16,985 nt of DNA from Myxococcales bacterium. Its GTDB lineage: Bacteria; Myxococcota; Myxococcia; Myxococcales; Anaeromyxobacteraceae. Location: NCBI GenBank assembly GCA_038320275.1, contig JBBQEB010000077.1, forward strand, positions 1 to 16,985. The letters run 5' to 3'. The notes below the pieces were generated by a model that was given only the letters and a program-made list of their open reading frames with translations, had not been told where the DNA came from and did no database searches. Both the position numbers and the translations under genes were made by a program. This document shows positions 8,529-16,081 of the stretch, one piece after another (the stretch's first letter is position 1; the number at the start of each line of letters is the position of its first letter).

Positions 8529-10391
8529 GTGCCCCCCGCCCATTCCGCGCCGCTCCCGCCGCCGCCGGCCGCGCTCCACGCGCGCGTTCGCGCGCTTAAC
8601 GAGGCCTTCGCGCAGGTGCCGGCCACCTTCGCCCTGGTGTGGCGGGCCGACCGGGCGGGAGCCCTGGCGGTGGCGGCGCTCACCGCCTTCTCGGCGCTCC
8701 TGCCGGCGGCCATCGCCTGGGTGGGCAAGCTCATCGTGGACGCGGTGGTGGCCGCCTCTCGCGGCGCGGGCGCGCCCGGCAGGCCCGCGCGGCTCGTCCT
8801 CCTGGAGCTCGCCCTCATGGCGCTGTCGCTGACCGCGTCGCGCCTCCTCGGGCTCCAGCGCGAGCTCCTGCGGGCGCGGCTGGGCAACGCGGTGAACGAG
8901 CGCATCCTCACGAAGGCGCTCGAGCTCGAGCTGCGTCACTTCGAGGACTCGGAGGTGTACGACAAGATGCAAAACGCGCGGCGGGAGGCTTCCTCGCGGC
9001 CGCTCTCGCTCGTGATGCAGCTCTTCGCCATCGCGCAGAACGCCGTCACGCTCCTCGCCCTCTCGGCCCTCCTCGTCCGGCTCTCGCCCTGGAGCGTGCT
9101 GGTGGTGGTGGCCTCCTCCATCCCCGCCTTCGTGGCGGAGGCGCGCCTCGCCGCCGCCTCCTTCAGGCTGAGCTCGTGGCGCGCGCCGGAGGGCCGGCGG
9201 CTCAACTACCTGGAGTGGATCCTGACCCGCGACAGCCACGTGAAGGAGGTGAAGCTCTTCGACCTCGGCGAGCTCGTCCTCTCGCGCTTTCGCGAGCTCT
9301 TCACCAAGTTCTACCGGGAGGACCGGCGGCTCGCGCTGCGCCGCATGGTCTTCGGGCTCCTCTTCGGCCTGGTCTCCCTGGCGGCCTTCTACGGCATGTA
9401 CGCGCTCGTCGCCGGCCGGGCCGCGCGGGCGGAGATCTCGCTCGGTGATCTCACCCTCTACCTGGCGGTGTTCCGGCAGGGGCAGGGCGCGGTGCAGAGC
9501 ATCCTCTCCGCGGTGGGCGCCATGTACGAGGACGCGCTCTACATGACGAACCTGTTCGCCTTCTTCGCCATCCCCACCGGCGGCGAGCGCGCGCGCCGGA
9601 GCCCTCCCATCACGCCGCCCAGCGGCGCCCCCTCGCGCATCGCCTTCGAGGGAGTCTCCTTCCGCTACCCGGGGCAGTCGGCCTGGGCCCTGCGCGACGT
9701 GACGCTGGCGCTCGAGCCGGGCGAGAAGCTGGGACTCGTCGGCGAGAACGGCGCGGGCAAGACCACCCTCGTGAAGCTCCTCCTCAGGCTCTACGATCCA
9801 ACCGAGGGCGCGATCACCTGGGGCGGGGTCGATTTGCGCGACATGGACGCGGCCGACCTGCGCCGGAGGGTCGGCGCGGTGTTCCAGGACTTCGTGCGCT
9901 ACCAGTTCAGCGCCGCCGAGAACGTCGGACTGGGCAGCCCTGCCCACCTGAACGATCGGCCGCGCATCGTGGAGGCCGCCCGGCGCGGGGGCGCGGCAGC
10001 GGTGCTGGAGGCGCTGCCGGAGGGCTACGACACGATCCTGGGCGGCTGGTTCGAGAAGGGGCACGAGCTCTCCGCCGGCCAGTGGCAGAAGGTCGCCGTC
10101 GCCCGGGCCTTCATGCGCGAGGACGCGGAGCTCCTCATCCTCGACGAGCCCACCGCTTCGATCGACGCCGAGTCGGAGCACGAGCTCTTCGAGAAGTTCC
10201 GCGCCCTCGCCGCGAGCCGAAGCGCCATCGTCATCTCCCACCGCTTCTCCACCATCCGCACCATGGCCGATCGCATCGCCGTCCTGCGCGAGGGTCGGAT
10301 CGAGGAGCTGGGGAGCCACCGCGAGCTGATGGAGAAGGACGGAAGGTACGCCCACCTGTTCCGCTTGCAGGCTCGAGGCTACCTGGATTGA
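8529..10391 (+). CDS. ABC exporter, fused permease/ATP-binding subunit (MdlB/MsbA-type); start uncertain
   Basis: C-terminal ~620 aa of the 7395..10391 ORF. Several TM helices, Walker A GENGAGKTT, Q-loop VFQD, signature LSAGQWQK, Walker B LLILDEPTASID, H-loop ISHR. GTG at 8529 is the first plausible start beyond the speA start; no clear RBS. Confidence 0.9.
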   Translation: MPPAHSAPLPPPPAALHARVRALNEAFAQVPATFALVWRADRAGALAVAALTAFSALLPAAIAWVGKLIVDAVVAASRGAGAPGRPARLVLLELALMALSLTASRLLGLQRELLRARLGNAVNERILTKALELELRHFEDSEVYDKMQNARREASSRPLSLVMQLFAIAQNAVTLLALSALLVRLSPWSVLVVVASSIPAFVAEARLAAASFRLSSWRAPEGRRLNYLEWILTRDSHVKEVKLFDLGELVLSRFRELFTKFYREDRRLALRRMVFGLLFGLVSLAAFYGMYALVAGRAARAEISLGDLTLYLAVFRQGQGAVQSILSAVGAMYEDALYMTNLFAFFAIPTGGERARRSPPITPPSGAPSRIAFEGVSFRYPGQSAWALRDVTLALEPGEKLGLVGENGAGKTTLVKLLLRLYDPTEGAITWGGVDLRDMDAADLRRRVGAVFQDFVRYQFSAAENVGLGSPAHLNDRPRIVEAARRGGAAAVLEALPEGYDTILGGWFEKGHELSAGQWQKVAVARAFMREDAELLILDEPTASIDAESEHELFEKFRALAASRSAIVISHRFSTIRTMADRIAVLREGRIEELGSHRELMEKDGRYAHLFRLQARGYLD

Positions 10392-11317
10392 AGGGAGGCC
10401 TCACGCAGGGTCTCCAGCGCGCGCCTGAAGTCCTCCGGGAGCGGCGCCTCGAAGCTCACCCGCGCGCCGGTCCGCGGGTGCGCGAAGGCGAGGGTCGAGG
10501 CGTGCAGCGCCTGCCGGCCGATGGCCTCGGCGGCACGGCGCACCGGGCTCTCCGCCGGAAGCCTCGCCTCCCGCCTCGCCCCTCCGTACACCGCGTCGGC
10601 GAGGAGCGGGTGGCCGAGCTCGGAGAGGTGGACGCGGATCTGGTGGGTGCGGCCGGTGTGAAGCGACACCTCGGCGAGCGCCGCGCCCTCGAAACGCTCG
10701 CGCACGCGCCAGCCTGTCACCGCTCGTCGGGTGGCACCCGCCATCTTGCCGGTGAAGCGCTTGCGGTCCCTGGGGTGGCGTCCGTACGGCGTTTCGAGCC
10801 GGCCCTCCTGCGGCAGCCGTCCGTGACAGATGGCGAGGTAGGTCTTGTCCACCTCTCGCGCCTTGAAGGCGGCCTGCAGGCTCGAGAGCGCTGCCTCCCT
10901 CTTTGCCACCACCAGGCAGCCGGAGGTGTCCTTGTCGAGGCGGTGGACGAGGCCGAGCCTCGCACCAGCGGACGGGCCGAGCCGGTGCAGGAGCGCGTTC
11001 ACCAGGGTGGAATGAGGGCTGCCGCGGGCGGGGTGGACGACCATCCCCGCTGCCTTGTCGAGCACGAGGAGGTCCTCGTCCTCGTACAGCACGGAGAGCG
11101 GCAGGTCCTGGGCGAGGAGGCCGGACGGCTCGGGCTCGGGGACCGTCCACTCCAACCGCTCCCCACCCTTCAGCCTGGCGGCAGCCTTGGGCACACGGCC
11201 GTCGACCTGCACCCGGCCCTCGTCGACGAGCCGCTGCGCGCGGGCGCGAGAGAGCCCCGGATCGAGCCGCGTGAGCGCGACGTCGAGCCGGGCGCCAGCG
11301 AGAGCGGTCGGAGCCAC
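10379..11317 (-). CDS. rluD: RluA/RluD-family 23S rRNA pseudouridine synthase with N-terminal S4 domain; start uncertain
   Basis: S4-like RLDVAL...SRARAQRLVDEGRVQVDG, DKAAGMVVHP, GLVHRLDKDTSG (catalytic Asp), LHTGRTHQIRVH, RQALHA. Start set at GTG 11317 because the longer ORF overlaps the 88-aa gene. Confidence 0.9.
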   Translation of the reverse strand: MAPTALAGARLDVALTRLDPGLSRARAQRLVDEGRVQVDGRVPKAAARLKGGERLEWTVPEPEPSGLLAQDLPLSVLYEDEDLLVLDKAAGMVVHPARGSPHSTLVNALLHRLGPSAGARLGLVHRLDKDTSGCLVVAKREAALSSLQAAFKAREVDKTYLAICHGRLPQEGRLETPYGRHPRDRKRFTGKMAGATRRAVTGWRVRERFEGAALAEVSLHTGRTHQIRVHLSELGHPLLADAVYGGARREARLPAESPVRRAAEAIGRQALHASTLAFAHPRTGARVSFEAPLPEDFRRALETLREASLQSR

Positions 11318-11358
11318 CGCCGAGCGGGGGCCGTACGGGCGAGGAGCGGGGTCGCGAG

Positions 11359-11625
11359 CTACCAGATCTTGGACTTCACGTGGCCCTTGGGCCGCAGGAT
11401 CACGTCGACGATGGCGCGGTCGTAGAAGTTGGTCTTGGCGTACAGGTCGGGCGCCACGCGGGAGCGGTAGAGCTGGCGCCCCTCTTCCAGCTCCGACTGC
11501 ATCTCGTCGAAGAAGCTGTCCCCCACGATGCCGCGGGTGACCTTCTCCTCGTTGTACAGCGACACGTCGGAACAGATGGCCCGCGCGAGGCGCCGGGCTC
11601 CATCCGGGTTTTCGATGAGCGGCAT
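11359..11625 (-). CDS. romX: Small 88-aa protein, probable RomX (partner of RomR in the MglA GEF complex of myxobacteria)
   Basis: Good codon usage and a protein-like sequence (ARRLARAICSDVSLYNEEKV...ELEEGRQLYRSRV...FYDRAIVDVIL). Size and position upstream of a pseudouridine synthase match my recollection of the Myxococcus romX locus. The CDS call is solid; the name is from memory. Confidence 0.6.
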   Translation of the reverse strand: MPLIENPDGARRLARAICSDVSLYNEEKVTRGIVGDSFFDEMQSELEEGRQLYRSRVAPDLYAKTNFYDRAIVDVILRPKGHVKSKIW

Positions 11626-11632
11626 GATCCAA

Positions 11633-11662
11633 ATGGTAAGGCAGCGGACCCGCCGGGATCAA
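11633..11662 (-). promoter_or_regulatory. Candidate sigma70-type promoter giving a leaderless transcript of the 88-aa gene
   Basis: Minus strand: TTGATC (11662-11657), 18 nt, TACCAT (11638-11633), 7 nt, ATG (11625). No good Shine-Dalgarno. Confidence 0.55.
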
Positions 11663-11682
11663 ACCACCTTGGCGCCTTATGT

Positions 11683-11816
11683 CGGGGCATGCTTCCCCGC
11701 CCCGGCCAGCGAGCTGGACCGGGGGCCCACCCCGGCCCGCAGGGGCCCACACTCGCTGCGCTCGCTGTCCCTGCCTGGAGGGCGCCGCCCTCCCCAGCTT
11801 CGCTGGGACCCCTCCC
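11683..11816. repeat. Multi-hairpin intergenic element (REP/MITE-like palindromic element or structured RNA)
   Basis: At least four stem-loops: 11683-11699, 11700-11724, 11777-11793 and 11793-11807. Also a CTCGCTG direct repeat and two GGGGCCCAC copies. Only one copy of the element is in this window, so repeat status is inferred. Confidence 0.45.
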
Positions 11817-11822
11817 GTCTCC

Positions 11823-12419
11823 CTACTCCAGCAGCTCCGCGTTCCAGTAGGCCGCCTCGACCAGGCTCAGGAACGGCCACCATTGCCGGTAGAAGGCGCG
11901 CCGCGTCGCGGAGCGGAACACGGGGGTCCAGCGCGGCCGCGCCGGCGCTCGGCGGAGCCGCATTCCCGCCTCCTCCGGGGTACGGCCACCCTTGCGCAGG
12001 TTGCAGGGCACACACGAGCAGACCACGTTCTCCCAGCCCGTGGCGCCCCCGCGAGAGCGGGGCAAGACGTGGTCGAGGTTCAGGTCGGCGCGCGGCAGCT
12101 TCTGGCCGCAGTACTGGCAGGTGTCGTCGTCCCGCGCGTAGATGTTGAACCGCGAGAACCGCACCCGCGTCCTGGGCATCCGCTCGAAAGCCAGGAGCAC
12201 GATGACGCGCGGCACCCGGATGCGCCGGCCCACCGTGCCCACCGCATCCTCGTGCGCGGCCGCCGAGACGGAGCTCCAGCTCTCGAAGTCGAAGAGCTGG
12301 AACGCCTCGTCGATGGCCTTGGCCGCACCCGCGTAGAGCAGGCCGAAAGCGCGGCGGACTGAGGTGACGTGGACGGGCTGGTACACCCGGTTGAGGACGA
12401 GGACGCCGGTGTCGAGCAT
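11823..12419 (-). CDS. HNH endonuclease (McrA-like, zinc-binding)
   Basis: 198 aa. N-terminal VLVLNRVYQP, then RVPRVIVL, FSRFNIYARD, CQYCG, LNLDHVLPRSRGG, WENVVCSCVPCNLRKGGRTP. AGGAG RBS. Confidence 0.93.
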   Translation of the reverse strand: MLDTGVLVLNRVYQPVHVTSVRRAFGLLYAGAAKAIDEAFQLFDFESWSSVSAAAHEDAVGTVGRRIRVPRVIVLLAFERMPRTRVRFSRFNIYARDDDTCQYCGQKLPRADLNLDHVLPRSRGGATGWENVVCSCVPCNLRKGGRTPEEAGMRLRRAPARPRWTPVFRSATRRAFYRQWWPFLSLVEAAYWNAELLE

Positions 12420-12468
12420 GCCCTCTCCTGTCTACCGGCCGAGCTCGATCTCCGCATGGCGCAGCCGG

Positions 12469-14760
12469 TCAGCCGGGACGCGCCAACCCCTGTCCGATCA
12501 GGACCGGTTTCGAGCTCGCGCTGCCGTAGAGGAACCGGTACGCCGCGTAGGAGCGCAGCACTCGCTTCACGTAACCGCGCGTCTCCTGCACCGGGATCTC
12601 CTCCACGAAGGCGTCGAGCGGGAGGCTGCCGCGAGCGCGCAGCCAGGAGCGGACCGGACCGTCGCCCACGTTGTAGGCGGCGAGCGCCAGCGCCTCGGAC
12701 CCCCCGTAGCGCTGCAGGAGCGTGCCCAGGTAGGCGGCCCCGAGGCGGATGGCGACGGGCGGATTCATGAGATCCGCCTGGCTCACCGGCCGCATGTGCA
12801 GCCGGCGGGCGATGTCCTGCGCCGTGGGGAGCATGAGCTGGGTGAGGCCGACCGCCCCCGCGCCCGAGACGATGGTGGGGTCGAGGCCGCTCTCCTCGCG
12901 CATGAGCGCGAGCAGCAGGTCGGGTGAGACGCCGGCGGGCGGGGCCCAGCGCTCCACCTCGGAGCGGAAAGCGGGCGGGTAGGCCACCCGCCAGATCCGC
13001 AGCGCGTCGCCCACCGGCGGTTGCCGGAGCGTGCTCCGCCCGGCGGTGCGGATGAGGCGGTGCGCCGAGCGTGGATCGCCGGCGCGGTCGAGCAGCTCTG
13101 CGAGGAGGAGCAGCGGCTCGCCGCCCGCGACCACCTTCCGGTCCACCGCCTCCAGCTCGTCGGAGGCAGCGCGGTCGAGGCCCATGCGCAGGAGGAGGAC
13201 GCCAGCCCGGAAGTGCCGGTCCGCGGCGAGCGCGCCAGGGTGGTACCGGAACCCGGGTGTCGCCTGGCCTGTAGGCGCGCGCGGCCAGGGCGGAGAGGAC
13301 CCGGCGCGCGCCTCCTCCAGCCTGGCCCGCGCGAGGAGCCCGTAGTAGTCGGCGGGATAGCGCTCCGCGAGAGCGCGCCAGACTGCGCGGGCCGCGTCGA
13401 CGTCCGGGGCGGCCCCGCGATCGGCGAGGATGCGGGCCCGCCAGTAAGCGGCGCGGCCGTGCTCGTAGGGATCGACCCCGTCGTACTCGCGCTCGATCCG
13501 CGCGAGGTCCGCCACCGCGGCGTCCTTTCGGCCCTCGGCGCGGTCGATCCAGGCGCTGCGGAAGAGCGCCTCCGCCCTGAAATCGCCCTGCGGGTAGCGC
13601 CGGGCCAGGTCCACCAGCGCCGCCTGGGCCTCGGCGGACCGCCCCAGCCGCCCCAGCAGATCGGCGGCGTAGAAGAGCGCGTCGTCCGCGAACGGATGGG
13701 CAGGGAAGTCGCGCGCGAGCGTCTGGTACACCTTGACCGCCTCCTCCGGCGCCACGATGGCGAAGGCCCTCGCGAGCAGGTAGAGCGCCTTCACCCGGAG
13801 CTGGGGGTCGGGGCAGGCGTCCACCACCGGGCGGAGCAGCTCGATCGCCCGTGCAGGTTGCCTCGACTTGCGGTGTGCTTTCCCCAGCGCGAAGCGGGCG
13901 CGGCAGGCGAGCGCCCCGGCCGGACCGGGTCCGAGGGAGGCCATGGACGGGGCGAGGGCGGTGAGCTCGGAGAGCGCCGCCGCATTCCGGTTGTCTTCGA
14001 GGAGCACCTCCGCGCGGCGGACCGCCGCCTCGGTGTCCGGAGGCGCGCCGCTGGCGCCGGGCAGCTTCGCGAGATCGTCGCGACAGGCGGGCGCCGCCGC
14101 CGAGAGCGGGTGATCCGCCCAGCAGGCGAGGAAGTCGGCGCGCGCGGCCGCGGCTTCCCCGGGCGCCTGCCGGGCGGCGCGCAAACGGCCTGCGAGGAGG
14201 AGGGCCTCGGCCCCGCCGTCGGTCTGGGTCGGGTCCCCAGGGGCCGCGAGCAGCCGCACGGGCGCGAGGACGTCCAGCGCGCGAGTCATGTCACCCTTCG
14301 CCTGGAGCGCACGAGCGCGGGACAGCTGCGCCTCCGTCCAGAAGAACGAGCCTCGCGGAACCCCGCCGTAGGCCTCCGCGGCGGCGCCCCAGGCCTTCGA
14401 CGCGTCGTAGGCCCGTCCGCGCAGGAACGCCACCCGATCGGCGATGTCGGGGAGCGCGGCCTCGAGGCCCTCCAGCGGGCGGAGCGCGTCGGCCGCCCGG
14501 CGGCCCTCCACCAGCGCCAGCGCGCGCAGGAAGCGCGCCTGCGGCTCGCGCGCGCCGGCGAGCTCGGCCGCAGCGTCGTCCCAGCGGCGCGCGGCGAGGT
14601 CGGCGCGGGCGCGGGCCAGCCGCCCCCCGGTGAAGAACGGCTCCACGTCCGCGGGCGTGAAGGCGGGAGCGATCTCCGGGCCCGCGGGCGCCGCCCGGAC
14701 CGGTGCGGCCCAGGGCGCCAGGGCGAGGGCGAGGGCGAGCGCGGCGACGAGGCTCCTCAT
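12469..14760 (-). CDS. slt: Soluble lytic murein transglycosylase (Slt70-like) with signal peptide and TPR-like repeats
   Basis: From ATG 14760: signal peptide MRSLVAALALALALAPWAAPVRA, helical TPR-like repeats (ADDALFYAA, RAEALFRSAW), and a C-terminal SLT domain (LMREESGLDP with catalytic Glu, GAVGLTQLM, ALAAYNVG, ETRGYVKRV). Confidence 0.9.
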   Translation of the reverse strand: MRSLVAALALALALAPWAAPVRAAPAGPEIAPAFTPADVEPFFTGGRLARARADLAARRWDDAAAELAGAREPQARFLRALALVEGRRAADALRPLEGLEAALPDIADRVAFLRGRAYDASKAWGAAAEAYGGVPRGSFFWTEAQLSRARALQAKGDMTRALDVLAPVRLLAAPGDPTQTDGGAEALLLAGRLRAARQAPGEAAAARADFLACWADHPLSAAAPACRDDLAKLPGASGAPPDTEAAVRRAEVLLEDNRNAAALSELTALAPSMASLGPGPAGALACRARFALGKAHRKSRQPARAIELLRPVVDACPDPQLRVKALYLLARAFAIVAPEEAVKVYQTLARDFPAHPFADDALFYAADLLGRLGRSAEAQAALVDLARRYPQGDFRAEALFRSAWIDRAEGRKDAAVADLARIEREYDGVDPYEHGRAAYWRARILADRGAAPDVDAARAVWRALAERYPADYYGLLARARLEEARAGSSPPWPRAPTGQATPGFRYHPGALAADRHFRAGVLLLRMGLDRAASDELEAVDRKVVAGGEPLLLLAELLDRAGDPRSAHRLIRTAGRSTLRQPPVGDALRIWRVAYPPAFRSEVERWAPPAGVSPDLLLALMREESGLDPTIVSGAGAVGLTQLMLPTAQDIARRLHMRPVSQADLMNPPVAIRLGAAYLGTLLQRYGGSEALALAAYNVGDGPVRSWLRARGSLPLDAFVEEIPVQETRGYVKRVLRSYAAYRFLYGSASSKPVLIGQGLARPG

Positions 14761-14767
14761 CCGCGTC

Positions 14768-14796
14768 ACGGTGCGGTGCGCCCACGAGGTGGTCAA
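14768..14796 (-). promoter_or_regulatory. Candidate internal promoter giving a leaderless slt transcript
   Basis: Minus strand: TTGACC (14796-14791), 17 nt, CACCGT (14773-14768), 7 nt, ATG (14760). No SD. The -10 is weak and keeps only the conserved A and final T. Confidence 0.35.
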
Positions 14797-14846
14797 GAAG
14801 CTGGCCTCTCGCCCGACGCGCGGCAGCGCCGCCCGCGGCCTCATCG

Positions 14847-15692
14847 TCAGTGCCCTTTCGCCTTCTCCAGGGCGGCGTACACCTCGGATCGGGGGAGGCC
14901 GCGGGCTCGCGCCACCTCCCGCGCGATGGCGGTGGGCGCCTCCCCCGCTGCGAGCCGCCGGCCGAGCTCCACTTCCAGCGGCTCTTGGGGCTCCGGCTGC
15001 GACGGCGCCGCGGAAGGGGGCGCCACCACCAGGGTGACCTCGCCGCGCGCCCCGGCGGCGAAGCGCGCCGCGAGCTCCGACAGCGTGCCGCGCGCGATCT
15101 CCTCGTGCAGCTTGGTGAGCTCGCGGGCCACCGCGGCACGTCGGTCGCCGAGCGCGAGGGCGAGGTCGGAGAGCGTCGCCGCGGTGCGATTCCCCGCCTC
15201 GTACAGGATGAGCGTGGCCGCCACCCCACGCAGTTCGCGCAGCGCCGCCCCGCGCGCGCCGCCCTTCCTGGGCAAGAAGCCTGCCACCAGGAAACGAGCG
15301 GAGGGGAGCCCCGAAGCTGCCAGCGCAGCCACCGCTGCGCAGGGACCGGGAACGGGCACCACCTTCGAGCCCGCCTCCCAGGCGGCCTCCACCAGCGCCT
15401 GCCCGGGATCGGAGACGCCAGGCGTGCCGGCGTCCGTGCAGAGCGCCACGTCCTCTCCGGCCAGGAGCCGCTCCAGGACCCCATCGACGCGGCCGCGCTC
15501 ATCGAAGGCAGGCAGCGAGATCATCCTGGGCACGGGGGCGCCGAGATGGGCGAAGAGCTGGCCAGTGCGGCGCGTGTCCTCGGCGGCCACCGCCGTCACC
15601 GCGCGAAGGACGGCGGCGGCGCGCGGGGACAGGTCGCCCAGGTTTCCGATGGGCGTCGCCACGACGTAGAGGGTGCCCGGCGACGGCTTCAC
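14847..15692 (-). CDS. rsmI: 16S rRNA (cytidine1402-2'-O)-methyltransferase
   Basis: From GTG 15692: TLYVVATPIGNLGDLSPRA, AEDTRRT, TDAGTPGVSDPG, VVPVPGPCA, GFLPRK, VARELTKLHEEI. GTGA overlap with the yraN stop. Confidence 0.96.
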   Translation of the reverse strand: MKPSPGTLYVVATPIGNLGDLSPRAAAVLRAVTAVAAEDTRRTGQLFAHLGAPVPRMISLPAFDERGRVDGVLERLLAGEDVALCTDAGTPGVSDPGQALVEAAWEAGSKVVPVPGPCAAVAALAASGLPSARFLVAGFLPRKGGARGAALRELRGVAATLILYEAGNRTAATLSDLALALGDRRAAVARELTKLHEEIARGTLSELAARFAAGARGEVTLVVAPPSAAPSQPEPQEPLEVELGRRLAAGEAPTAIAREVARARGLPRSEVYAALEKAKGH

Positions 15693-16081
15693 GTGGTCCG
15701 CCCCTCGGCGTCGAAGGCGTTGCGGAAGTGCGTGAAGCGAGGCTCTCTGGAGGAAAGGTCGACCGCCACCACGTCGAAGCGCATGGCCTGGGCGAGGCCG
15801 CCGTGTCGCATCGCCCAGTCGGTGGCGGCGGCGACGACCTTGCGGGCCTTGGCCGCGGTGACGGAGGCTGCCGGCGTGCCGTACTCGAGTCGGGTGCGGC
15901 TGCGCACCTCCACGAAGCACAGCGTGCCGCCGTCGCGGCAGACGAGGTCCACCTCGCCCCTTCGCGTGCGGTGGTTTCTCGCGATCACGGCGAAGCCCTG
16001 CGCCTCGAGATAGGCCGCGGCGGCGCTCTCGGCGGCGTGTCCTCGCCCGAGCCGCGTGCCCGGTACGTCGCGCGGGCTCAC
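15689..16081 (-). CDS. yraN: YraN family (UPF0102) PD-(D/E)xK-like nuclease
   Basis: From GTG 16081 (~130 aa): GHAAESAAAAYLEAQGFAVIARNHR...GEVDLV...LCFVEVRSR...MRFDVVAV...HFRNAF. Adjacent to rsmI; GTGA overlap with the upstream stop and a GGAGG RBS. Confidence 0.93.
   Translation of the reverse strand: MSPRDVPGTRLGRGHAAESAAAAYLEAQGFAVIARNHRTRRGEVDLVCRDGGTLCFVEVRSRTRLEYGTPAASVTAAKARKVVAAATDWAMRHGGLAQAMRFDVVAVDLSSREPRFTHFRNAFDAEGRTT

Noticed and set aside
11318..11752. N-terminal extension of the rluD ORF (457 aa in the track)
   Set aside because: It runs out of frame over the 88-aa gene and into the hairpin element; RluD homology starts at the S4 domain near 11300.
11683..12419. HNH plus hairpins read as a CRISPR, IscB/OMEGA or IS200/IS605 element
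   Set aside because: There is no repeat-spacer array, no evident RuvC or PLMP motifs and no transposase, and the protein is only 198 aa. It is kept only as a structured-element finding.
14721..14738. Tandem GGGCGA x3 microsatellite
   Set aside because: It simply encodes the Ala-Leu run of the slt signal peptide, and a 6-nt unit would not shift the frame.
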